NCBI GenBank assembly: GCA_010093605.1
Contig: MU004190.1
Location: 248,001 to 312,000 of the forward strand
Source: Lophium mytilinum
Lineage: Eukaryota
Reading direction: 5' to 3'
DNA: 64,000 bases
Below the pieces are notes generated by a model, which had not been told where the DNA came from, made no database searches, and saw nothing but the letters and a program-made list of their open reading frames with translations. The position numbers and the translations under genes are program-made. Below are positions 13,862 to 24,607 of this stretch, piece by piece (position 1 is the first letter of the stretch; each line of letters starts with the position of its first letter).

Positions 13862-14545
13862 CTCCCGCCCGCCGGTCCTGCTACATCTACCGCCTCGCAA
13901 CGAGCCCGGAAACAGGCGCGCCAATTTCACGCCGAGGCCCCGTGGTATGCTCGGGTGGCCTAAAGTGCTGCCAATTCTGGGGAATTGGATGGTGCGGCGG
14001 AGAACCTGGCCAAGATCTTCAGTATCGTAGGGACTTCCATTCAGCCGCCTGACTACCGGCTGGTACGTAAATGCCAGGAGGACGACTTGAAAGAATCCCA
14101 GGTCATTTCCCTCTTAACTTCCGTGGACTGTGACGGGCAGGACATTGCACCGCACAATCGTAATTCTGTCGAAACCAACACACGTCCTAAACTTGTGAGA
14201 ATGCGGCTCGCCATCATCCGTGAGAAGCTCAACGGCAAACTCAAGGTGGTTCACATATTTACACATCGTGGACGAGGTGTTGGACAACTTTATCCCAACG
14301 ATCGAGCGAGGTTTGCAGGCTTGGAAGTTGAGGGATCGATGCAGCCCGCCGATCGTGAGGCCCCGGGGCAGCCTTTGATCATCCTACTCGATGGTCATGA
14401 CACGGTCGAACTGAAAGACAAGTCTAGTGCTGAGGTCGGGCAAATACATGACCACGAAATCATGTCAATTGAGACCATTCACGGATACCTTAGGCGGAAT
14501 AGCTGGGCAGAATTCAAGAGGAGAGTCAGAGAGTCGGGTAGATAG
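13862..14545 (+). pseudogene. Family A copy A1 (PemK/MazF-like, DUF6590-like domain), nonsense-disrupted
   Basis: Carries RLAIIREK...VVHIFTHRGRGVGQL...LKDKSSAEV...GYLRRNSWAEFKRR. An in-frame TAA at 13961 interrupts VA*SAANSGEL, which aligns with AEEAAASGTL of A4. No in-frame ATG upstream. Confidence 0.75.
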
Positions 14546-16373
14546 GCTAAGGAGCAAGCTCAGACGACCTAACAATGTAGCTTTATAGTAGCGCCCGCGT
14601 TTCCAATGGATGGATTAAGACGTTATTTTTCTATTTCTATAGACAGATGACGTTTTCCTAGGAATGTCTCCTAGCTTGACTTCCTTCCTAAAAATCTATT
14701 ACTTGTCTGGTGGAAACGCACGCTAGACAGGTTTTCAATGAGTCACACCGGACCTTCCCAGCAAGAGCTACTTCGAAGCTGCTAGCAGTTGCCTTGTTCA
14801 AATCTGCTACTTGTTTAGATGGTTTTTGAAGGCTTTCGCGGACGACACTTAGCTAGGCACAATGGTTTCCTCAAAACTTGTGTGCATGGAGCAATTTGTT
14901 CCAAGCAGCTACCAGAGCATGGACATGTGTCCATACTTCCTTTTCTACGATGTTTCCATGTGGCGACGCAGCTTTGCAAGTCGTTTTGACTCCTCCTCTC
15001 GAATCACTTTTTGTTTCTAATTAGATGTTTATTCCATCAATGTGAAAGGGCTACTCTGTCCATAATATCATTCTCCAAGCCTTGGGAGTCATTTTGAAGC
15101 ATCATGGTTAAGCACATCGGGCTTACTGATGCGCATTTCAAAGTGCGCAGCAATCCGGTGGCCGTATTTCATGGGCGTGGATTGGATCGATCGATTTGGT
15201 CAAAGATTAGAAATGATTGGACGAGTTGCGTTGAGTTTACTCGTATGCTTTGATCCATCAGTAGAGACCACAAGACAACCTAAAAAGGCTATAGTAAGGA
15301 GGAGATAAGATAGACTCTTGGGGTGACGCTACCCAAAATTCATGAATTCTCGTTTTCCAGTCCACTGGTGATGCAAAATCTACCAGGTTTTACATACTGA
15401 TTAGACTGAATGTGAAAGGGGGTAGTAGCGTCAAGCCAGGTGAGCTGCATCTAAATCTGCTCGCATTGCGTAGCTATTCGCGTACTGTCATACTAATCTT
15501 GATATATACTACGGTGCCCGCAAACTCGCTAAAATTCTGTACATGCATCGGTACGACCTGCTCTCAATTCTCATATCTAGTCATACGCCTCCTAAGGCTC
15601 GGTGTTCTCTAGCCTGTGGTGCATCTGTTGATATTGTATTTTTATTATGGCGCTAAACTCGACTTTCAGTTCAGAATCACGTAGGCGTCCATTCACGTAT
15701 GCGCCATGGATTTTACAAAACCATACCCAATATTCAAGAAGCTATCAAGTGGTCGCAGACTTGAGGACACTGCATTCCCCTCGACGAGTTGAAGCGGCGT
15801 TGAGCCGTATAAGTGAAGACAAAGGTTATCATTAACTCTTTCTAGCTATCGCGAGATGCTAATGAGTATTGGTTGTTGGCTTGTTCCAAGGAAATCAAGA
15901 TACTCTGGAGCTCGTGTGGCTTTAGCCTTTTTAGAATTATATCATAATCATACTTTTTAAGGGCTCGAGACATTTTCCGTCTAGAGTACAGAGTGTGACT
16001 AGTCCTAGTGCCAGGTTTGCCAAAATGCAAGCAAGAAACGAGACACTGCTTGCTGCCTTGCCAAATAAAAAGCAGAAGGTTTAAACTTAAGAAAAGAAGC
16101 AAGCTAGGAAGGCTGCCTTTACTAAGACATTGGTTACTCCACTGCCTGTTATACATCGTGATAACAGATCTCTGATCAAGCACGTCGAATATTTGCTCGT
16201 CACCAGCTGGAGCTCGGTGCTGGTACGCTATGCCTTCTAACCAGAAAAGCGGTGTATCGTGAGCGCTCCGAGGTGCAGTCCGCACAATGCGTGTGCGTAC
16301 AGCCACCATTAGTCACAGTGCCACGCATGCGATCCTGTAGCGGGTTGCGGTGGCGAACCCGGGTTCGCAGTGA

Positions 16374-17621
16374 CTAATCTCCATCTCTAGTCTCAACTGC
16401 TTGGAATGTGGAAACATATCCCATAGGAGAAGTCGGCGAAGACTTTGGAGGTTGCGCCGCGTTCTGTCCGAGACTGCGGCGGTATTCGTCTATCCTTCTG
16501 CGCCCCGGATCATCTGCTATCATGCTTACGCTGTCGAATGGCTTACTCGTATCAAACGAGAAGGTGTCGACCTCGGGTGGTGTCCCAGGACAGTCAGGCG
16601 GAAGGGGAAGGCAGTCATTGCTATCCAGCCACTTTTGTACGTTCGCTTGTTCATAGTCAAGAAGCCATGCCCCTTCTTCACCTCTAACGTAGCCATCGTC
16701 AGGGTGGTCCCCGAACTGCGAGTCTTGGTCCGGAGAAACCCATACTCCAAGCGCCTTTGCATCCTGTTTTGCCTGACGTAACGCTGCCTCGGCGGATATG
16801 ACCTCTCTGGTTATTCTCTGCCCTTCAACCACTTTGAGGCGGTCAAACTCTTCTTTCACCTCAAGGGCAGGGCGATTGCCCCGGGCGTTAACATAAGCTT
16901 TGCAGTCCCGGGTGTAATAGCGGTCTTTGTCGCTGAGCTTTTTTCGGGCCGACCAGTAGCGAAGCTGGTTTTCCTCCAGGTTTTTGCTCGCTTGCTTGTA
17001 GGTAAGTCCAGCCTTACTATATTTGACATCTGCTGATCCAGGACGAACCGGATGATAGCCCTCGGGAACGTATTTAGTCGAAGAAGTTTCATCCGACTGC
17101 GAAGGCAGTACCCCGTAGTTTACGAGAAGAGTTTCGAAAACCTTATTGGCATCAATTTGAAGGTCGTTCCATCGTTGGCGAGCTTCTTGGATGCAATTTG
17201 CAATCCCTTGACCCTCTACTTTCAATGTATGACACTCGTCTTCGTTCTTTGCAATTGTTTTTCGGAGGCTTTCCACTTCGCGGGCCTCCTCGTCTGAGAG
17301 CTGGTGCTGGCTCATGGCCAACCTCCTTTCTAATTCTTTTAGAAATCGTACTTTCTTCGCGCAAGAAACGTAGAGGTCGTGCTCTTGCGTTGCTATTTGC
17401 TGCAGCTTGGGCTCTAGCTGCCTGTCGGTGTCTTTCGAGACCCGCCATGCCGTCAAAGCTTTTTCGAAAGCCACTACCAGCTCCGTTGGCAGACCGTCCG
17501 GGATTCCTTGAATTGTTTGGGCCATCTGCACAGCACTCCACGCACGCTCTGGAGTACCCCCCTTCTCCTCATTGTCCATTTTCAGTGTATTGCAGTGTTC
17601 AGGTTGCTTATCCAGGCCCAT
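16374..17621 (-). CDS. Family B copy B1: coiled-coil protein with DQDSQFGDHPDDGY motif
   Basis: Long open frame; first ATG at 17621 (MGLDKQPEHC). Clear paralog of 20379-21608, sharing GYxPVRP, DQDSQFGDHPDDGY, CPGTPPE(V/I)D and RRRIDxY. Confidence 0.8.
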   Translation of the reverse strand: MGLDKQPEHCNTLKMDNEEKGGTPERAWSAVQMAQTIQGIPDGLPTELVVAFEKALTAWRVSKDTDRQLEPKLQQIATQEHDLYVSCAKKVRFLKELERRLAMSQHQLSDEEAREVESLRKTIAKNEDECHTLKVEGQGIANCIQEARQRWNDLQIDANKVFETLLVNYGVLPSQSDETSSTKYVPEGYHPVRPGSADVKYSKAGLTYKQASKNLEENQLRYWSARKKLSDKDRYYTRDCKAYVNARGNRPALEVKEEFDRLKVVEGQRITREVISAEAALRQAKQDAKALGVWVSPDQDSQFGDHPDDGYVRGEEGAWLLDYEQANVQKWLDSNDCLPLPPDCPGTPPEVDTFSFDTSKPFDSVSMIADDPGRRRIDEYRRSLGQNAAQPPKSSPTSPMGYVSTFQAVETRDGD

Positions 17622-18521
17622 CCGAATCCTCGGCAGTGATGGCACGATATCTGCGAACGCGCTTCGGGCTATCAGCCAAACGTCAGACTGCAGTACAGGA
17701 GTATTTGGGAACTTACTCTTCAAGACCAATTCGCAGACTGGTATAAGCACAAACGATAGCCAAAGAACAGCAAAATAGTTAAAGAGACTAACTTTGCTCA
17801 ACCACGTTTAAAGAATTCCAACTAACTATTGGGGTGGGATAAATTGCGGTGGTGTGTGGGTGTGGTGAGCAAAAGGCAGCTTCCAGGGGCCGAAGCTGGC
17901 CATAACCTGTAGGGCGCTTATATAGTGTGGCGAGGTGGATTTTTACAGCCACATTCACCACTTGAGACGGCGTCACACGATGAAATCTTGCCTCAGAGAT
18001 ACCAGCGCTGCCCAAGATGACCATAGACCTTTCCCAGATCCTTTGAACATGCTCAAAGCATTCACAGTCACTAGTTCGACCCCTTTCACTGCCCAAATCT
18101 GCAAGTGTCACCCTCTAAAATGGCTTTTCTAGCCCTTTCGCTCTCTTGCATAACGGCACACACATGGTACATACACCAACCACGACACCGGAGCCTCGAT
18201 CGAGCATAAATTGCGAATCCCACCCATTCTGTAGGCCCTGCTATACACCAACACAATTCTATTATTATATGAATGCGATCTCGCACCGAAATGAATCGGG
18301 AAAGCGAGAGGAAACCAGAGAAGATAGAGGCATCGGATTCTAAGAAAGCATGCGAGGAGTATTGGAGTTCCTCTAAGACTTTGTCTAGCTATACTACCCT
18401 ACCTGAAGAGACTCCTTTATAATTGTTTCTTTTGGTAAGCGCGGTATTTAGTCCGATATAAGTCTATACCTACTAAATTAGTTTATAGGTGCAAAGCCCT
18501 TTTAGCCTATACTAAAGCCTG

Positions 18522-19388
18522 ATGTTGGTAGATAATACGCGAACAAATACCACGGAGTTGTCTTCTAAAGCCCTAAGATAATAAAGAGCCTCTACGGTTC
18601 TCTCAGCTAGTATATGGAGAACGGAGTCTGCCCTAACTAATTTGCTAACTCCTAATACGACTGCACTAATAGCCCCCCATTAAGCCGGTTTATACTCTTA
18701 AGCCCCCGTAGGACTAACGGCTAGTGGGAACTAGATCCGGCCGCTACTAGTGGTAAGAAAAAAGCCACCGTTCTATTGCATACTAGTTTTGTGGGAGGTT
18801 TAGAGGGTACGGGACGTTACTGCAGCCGGCGATTAGAACGGGGACGTGAAAAATATGGCCTTTATATTTAAGGCCGACATGAAAACTACCCGGCCGGGCA
18901 TTAAGCGGGGGTGTTAAGAGGAAGACTTAGTCCCGGGGTTGTTTATTAGTGTCTTGCTTGCAGTAGACTGCAGCAAGTAGATAATCAAGCCGAACATTCC
19001 TAACCTGGTGCAAGGCAATAATTGGATGGGCTATGTTAAGGTACGCTTCGGCATAGTCCGATAGCAGAACGGACTGGGTAGATTGACCGTAACTCCTTGT
19101 TACACGCACTCCGGTTGAGGGATTGGCCGTTTATCGGCAGAGCGTCAAGCGGAGTATGTTAAGCTCTAGGTCCAGACTGATGAGAAAGAGGACGGGCGAG
19201 AGGACTGCCATTTTGTTGAACTTTAAAATAAGAAATTTGATATGAAGGAGCAGTTACATGTGCGAGTTGTGGAGAAAATTGACTACGAGATAATGCTTAT
19301 CGAGCGCATTGAAAGTAATCTCGCCCCAGAAAGCTGGGAGATTTACAAGGCTCTAGTCGATACATCGCCTGACATCCTGGCCGAGTGA
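18522..19388 (+). pseudogene. Family A copy A5, RIP-destroyed (absent from ORF track)
   Basis: A single frame reads GC*EEDLVPGLFISVLLAVDCSK*IIKPN...KVRFGIVR*QNGLGRLTVTPCYTHSG*GIGRL...NLAPESWEIYKAL. Stops at 18915, 18978 and 19116 sit where A1 has Q, Q and R. Start at 18522 is tentative. Confidence 0.85.
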
Positions 19389-20378
19389 GCTCACTTTAGT
19401 CAACATGTTGAAGGAGCTATGCATCTGCACCATGTGTAGTAAGATGCTATAACAGCTACATACGATCATGCCTAAGAAGACATCAGATCTGCAGGCAGCT
19501 TTCGACATTCTGCTTGCTCTTCTCGACGTGTTTCACAGCCACAACGTAGGAAATGCTTTGTGACATTGTACACTATTCAATTATTCGAGAGGAATGTTCG
19601 TTGATGACGGCATTTGTTAAAGTTTCAGGAATTGTCGTTGAGTAATTGGCGTGTTAGATGGATCGTCAGAGTGGATCCATATCACTAAAAACTCAACTTA
19701 AACTGGCATCAGCTGTTTTGTGGTGCGTGCAAAATATGATTGCTTCAAGTGTAGTAGTTTCTGTGACATGCAAACATATCAATCAATCTTTTGATTAGAT
19801 TAGAAATCTCTTCATTGGTGAGCAGATCGCGTGACCACTGTTGGTAAATAACGAACAAACTGAAGCAAACATGGGCAAGCTCTTGGATTTTTTGTCAGGC
19901 GGTCGGCACTGGTATTGCAGAAACTCGTATTAAGTCAGCCTTGCTCGCACTCCAAAACCATCCACTTGCCATCAAATCACATGCAATTACATACAGCGGT
20001 AATATCTTGTTTTCTAAAAAATTGCAAATAGCCATATAGTTTATGATCCCAGGTCGACAATCGTGCCATCTGCATACCTTCAGTGTCTTTCACAGCTTAC
20101 ATCAGAATTATGTATCTGGGCGACTATGGCTAGAATTGCTAACGAGCGAGCAAGAACTAGATGCTTTCTTCTTGATCAGAATAAATAGAGTGCCAAATTC
20201 GAGAAAACGAACAAAAAAGGAAGGCTCTGTCCACACGCTGTCTGCCACTACCCGTCACGCCTTGGATACAGCGGCCTCTCAGCAGGCCCGCCTGGTTTGT
20301 AGGTTTCGCCAGCTCGGGCGTGGTGCTTACGTGCTACGTCGTCGAAAAGGTCGGCGAAGAATCTAAATTCCGCGGCCC

Positions 20379-21608
20379 CTATCGCCTAACAAGTTCGTTG
20401 TACCTATCGATTCTCCTTCGATCTGCACCCTCAGCCACCGCACTCACACTATCGATAGGCTTGTTAGTGTCGAAAAAGAACTCATCGATTTCCGGCGGAG
20501 TACCAGGGCATTCGTGCGACAGTGGGCCCTCTTCCATTTTCATCCATTTCTCGATCTTTGAACGATCAAATTCCGAGACCCATGCTCTCTCGTGATTCTC
20601 TGAATAGCCGTCATCAGGGTGATCCCCAAATTGCGAGTCTTGATCGGCAGGTACCCAAACTCCAACAACCTTAGCGTCCTTCTTAGCAGTTTGCAACTCG
20701 GCCTCTGCTTCCCTAATCTCCCCAGCCAGCTTCGTCCCGTTGACGAGATAAGAGAAATCGAATTCCTTCTTGAGTTCCTCGACACAACGACTCCTGGGAG
20801 CTTGGACGCAGTGCCTAAGGTCCTGCTCATAGAACTCCCTATGGTCTTGGAGCTTTTTCTCCGCAAACCAAAGCTTCCGCCGTTTCTCATTCAGATTCTG
20901 AGTCGCTTCCATCAGAGTAACTCTGGTAGCCTGAGATTCTGCGGATGTTATCTGTGATGCCTGGGGGCGAACAGGCCTGTAGCCATCTTGAGTGTCTGCT
21001 ATAGCTAGTCCTTCAGGAGTTCGTGCCGCTAAGAACCCAGGGCTGAGTAAGACGTCTCCAAGCGCTGCGTTGACTTCAACCTGGGCTTTTTCCCAGGCAG
21101 TTCGGGCTTGCTGAATGAGATGTTCCAGGCGCGCAATCTCTGTTTTGAGAGCAGCCCGGTCTTTTCTGTTTTGGATGGCGATTGCTTCGAGGTTCTTCCT
21201 CTCGCGACTGTCTTCTGCGGAGACCTCAGCTTCTCTACCGCCGGTTGACTCTTCAAATTCATCCAGTCTTCGTTCGCTCCGCAGGATAACGACGTACAGC
21301 TTTTGCTCTTCCCAGAAAGCCTTTTGTCGCCTGGGTTCTAAACGCGCCTCAATCGCCTCGAAATCCCGCCACAACTGCAGGGTGCTCAGAACTTTCGAGT
21401 GCAGATCTGCGGGCAGATTCAAAACTACTGAGCTCGGCACCGGTGAAACTGCTTCAGCTGGGCCTTTAGAGCAGTGTTGGCTTGCTTCGGCAGGCAGATC
21501 AGGATCTTCGGCCGCTGGATCACATTTCTCTGGCTGTTGCGAAGCTTTGGTCCTAGAAAGGTTTATGATGGAGGTACCGCTGTCGTCCACGGAATCTTCC
21601 AGTGCTAT
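20379..21608 (-). CDS. Family B copy B2 (may be non-functional: no ATG in first 226 codons)
   Basis: Open frame paralogous to B1, preceded by intron 21674-21609 (GTGAGT..CTAAC..TAG). First in-frame ATG is only at 20912. Confidence 0.65.
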   Translation of the reverse strand: MALEDSVDDSGTSIINLSRTKASQQPEKCDPAAEDPDLPAEASQHCSKGPAEAVSPVPSSVVLNLPADLHSKVLSTLQLWRDFEAIEARLEPRRQKAFWEEQKLYVVILRSERRLDEFEESTGGREAEVSAEDSRERKNLEAIAIQNRKDRAALKTEIARLEHLIQQARTAWEKAQVEVNAALGDVLLSPGFLAARTPEGLAIADTQDGYRPVRPQASQITSAESQATRVTLMEATQNLNEKRRKLWFAEKKLQDHREFYEQDLRHCVQAPRSRCVEELKKEFDFSYLVNGTKLAGEIREAEAELQTAKKDAKVVGVWVPADQDSQFGDHPDDGYSENHERAWVSEFDRSKIEKWMKMEEGPLSHECPGTPPEIDEFFFDTNKPIDSVSAVAEGADRRRIDRYNELVRR

Positions 21609-21859
21609 CTAGCAATGGTGGGCTTCATTGCGTTAGTCAAACTGCAACCAACACATGAGTTTCAGATTACTCACCTAAAGAAGACGGTCACACAGCTAGA
21701 GAAGGGTATAGTTAACACCCTTTAATTAGTAGCGCTTAACGCTAACTTGGTTTGAAAGACCTGGCTTTGTAGTAGGAAAAATTGGTGGTGTGTTGACAGT
21801 TGGAGATGTGGTGTGTGTGTGAGCAAACGGTAGGAGGTGGAAGCAATTTGTTCACGTGG

Positions 21860-22130
21860 TCATGTCTGACTTAAATACTCAACTGGGAAACCTGGAGAGT
21901 GAATTTGCGACGCAGACGTCGCCTACGATGTGTGAGGAGGGCTTCCCTGTCTAGTGAGGTAGCGTTCACTGCATTGGAGCGGCGGACAGGCCCCTGAATG
22001 ACCGATACACCATTCACTGCTACGTAACCCTACCCCCTCCGTATACATCAATGTAAGCGCACATAGACCAAAGACTTTACCAACGATATACCACCACCTC
22101 CACCACCCACACGCTTGTCTATCAGTATCT
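21860..22130 (+). promoter_or_regulatory. Conserved upstream block of family A / B-A bidirectional region
   Basis: GTGAATTT...CTACGAT...TCACTG.ATTGGAGCGGCGG...GATACAC.ATTCACT...TGTAAGC.CA.ATAG...GATATACCAC...CCACCCAC is shared with 24035-24300 and partly with 26750-26950. Confidence 0.6.
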
Positions 22131-22439
22131 ACGAATTCTCAAAACTTTTATCCCCCTCGAAGTCTGGTTCTTCATCGACGTAGCAACAACTCCCCTCTAT
22201 CCTTGGAAAGTTCTTCATCGACTTCTCGAAATCACCCACCCCAAGTTCCGGAACTGGAAGACTTCTATGACACCATCCCTCTAAGAATCCGAGAGTCAAC
22301 CAGTTCGTCCAGCAAGCTTGAGTCCTCAAACACGCTACCGTCTGCTAAGCTACACACGGTAACGAAACCAACTCGTACGACATCGTCTTCATCGCCTTCT
22401 AATGATCACGACGAGAGGATTGTTCCCCGATTTCTGACC

Positions 22440-23483
22440 ATGAACCCGCCAAAGTCCCGGTTGCGACTGACGAACGCAAAGATCACCAATCCTGTCACCA
22501 GTATCCAGACGCCGTCGTCACTAAGCTACTCTGCAGCTGTAACTAGGTCGCTGACATCCACAGCCGACGCGGAGAGCTTGACAGGACCTCAACGCACGCA
22601 GGACAACGATAGGAGCTTTCCCACGGTCAGTGAAGCCCACTTGGTTCCAAGAAACTCGGATCACGGAAGCCATGGGGTTTCCGAGAGCTTGCCATCTCCC
22701 TTATCACCTCCTATAACGATGCCTGCGAACGTCCAGAGCATGTTAAACCAATCCTTGTCTGCTCGATCACGGCCCGGGAAAGCAGCTCGGATCAAGGCGC
22801 GAACCAGGGAGCTCCAGAAGCTCTCTTCGTGGACACACAAGGCAACTTCTTCACAACAACCCTCTCTTCATCCGTCGTCATATGATCAGGCAACCCCCAA
22901 GTTCATTCGATGCATTGAAGATGCAGCTGTGGAGGCAGCGGTTTCTGGAATACTGCTTTCCACAGACCCAAGCGCATGGGACTTGAGTGAAATTGAGACC
23001 CACGGTTCCAGAATTGAGGATTTCGACGTAGGAATGGTCATAAACTTTATCATGATGACCATCTGCGCGAACGGAGGCCTGATGGCTGGAGATCCTGGTG
23101 TAATATTGACTCAGCAAGGCCTTAAGCTTTTCAAGCATCGGTTTGGGTTGATAGTGCAAAAGCAGGGGAACACAATGGACGTTGTTCCCATGTATACGCA
23201 TAGAGGACAGGGGATTAGCCATTTGGAGCCCTCCACATGGAGCAGATATGCATCTCTAGGGGTGAAAGGGAAAGCAATTGATGCAGACCGGTACGCCCCA
23301 GGGCCTCGGTTGCTCTTCGACGATGACTTGTCCTTCAAGCTGAAGGACAACTCGTATGCAAGAGTTTCGCAACTATATACGATCGACTTCGGCAGGAAGA
23401 CGCCCCTTCTTTGCAACGAAGAGATAATGGGCCGTCTTACGGATGAGTCTTTCGCGGAATTGAAGCGTCGTTGCGGAGTATGA
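22440..23483 (+). CDS. Family A copy A2 (PemK/MazF-like, DUF6590-like C-terminal domain), 347 aa
   Basis: ATG 22440 (MNPPKSRLRLTNAKIT); KHRFGLIVQK...VVPMYTHRGQGISHL...DNSYARVSQLYTIDF...GRLTDESFAELKRR. Intronless. Confidence 0.85.
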   Translation: MNPPKSRLRLTNAKITNPVTSIQTPSSLSYSAAVTRSLTSTADAESLTGPQRTQDNDRSFPTVSEAHLVPRNSDHGSHGVSESLPSPLSPPITMPANVQSMLNQSLSARSRPGKAARIKARTRELQKLSSWTHKATSSQQPSLHPSSYDQATPKFIRCIEDAAVEAAVSGILLSTDPSAWDLSEIETHGSRIEDFDVGMVINFIMMTICANGGLMAGDPGVILTQQGLKLFKHRFGLIVQKQGNTMDVVPMYTHRGQGISHLEPSTWSRYASLGVKGKAIDADRYAPGPRLLFDDDLSFKLKDNSYARVSQLYTIDFGRKTPLLCNEEIMGRLTDESFAELKRRCGV

Positions 23484-24607
23484 ACTGCAGTTTGAACAGG
23501 TCGTGAGTAGACCACCGGGATCCATCGACTAAGGATCCTAATTACCTGACTATAGGCTGTGTGATATTGTTGGAGACTGAACGGGCTTATACTCAACGAC
23601 GTTAGAGTAATGATATTATTGGCTAGTTTGTAAGCTTCATATGTCTTTTGGCACATATCTGTATCAGGGTCAGATTTTTTGGCTACTAGATCTATTCCCA
23701 AGGCGTCAACGAACATATTTTTCTCCCCTGTGTACCTTGTCTCGTCCCTCCACGTCGCTCATCTCATGTGCTCTTATAAGACTATTTAAACCAGCTTTGC
23801 GATGTGTCTCGAGTATCATCATGATGCTTTTCGCCTCTTTTTCAACGGGGAGGCGGATAAGTCTCACTCTGCAAAGTAGACTGACAGTAAGATAATCGAA
23901 CTCGAATTGTTTTGCTGGAAGTTCAGACTAGTGGAGTTCTATTTGCCTCGAGGGGCCAAACGGCAAACTGTGGCCATTGATAGAGAAGTAATTGGACAAC
24001 CCCTGCTCGTGGTGTCACCACTCGCTTTTTCGTAAAATACCTGGGAGAGACTCCGAGGAGTGAATTTAGAACGTACGCTCCGGCTACGATCTGCGACCGG
24101 GGAACTTTCATTCACTAATTGAAATAATCACTGAATTGGAGCGGCGGGCGCTAGGTGTCGAGATATGCGATACACAATTCACTTCGCTGCTATGCAGCGC
24201 TAAACTTCCTAAAAAGCATTGTAAGCACATATAGCGTCCCCTCTACCTGTGTCTTTATGAATGATATACCACTACGTCTACCACCCACCCCCTTCGTCTA
24301 CCAAGCGCTCCGCACTTTCACTACTTCCTCGAGAATCCACTTCGAAATCTCATCCTTCAACGATTAATTAAGAGCACCTACCCTCTTTCCACCCACTAGT
24401 TCCCCAAGGACCACCACCCCCAATCCACCACTTCGAGGTTCCATTCCAACACCCGCATCGAGTTATTATTCCTCAACGACTCAGAACCACCGTCTACACC
24501 CTATCATTTTGTAGAAGACGGTCTCTTAAACCCCACCTCCTCGAGTTCCTGTATCCCGCTGGTTTCTCTCACCCCCTGAAGCTGTCAGGGACTGCTTTTA
24601 CGACAAC

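Noticed and set aside
15842..16309. 155-aa minus-strand ORF downstream of B1
   Set aside because: No motifs or paralogy and AT-rich composition; cannot be supported as a gene.
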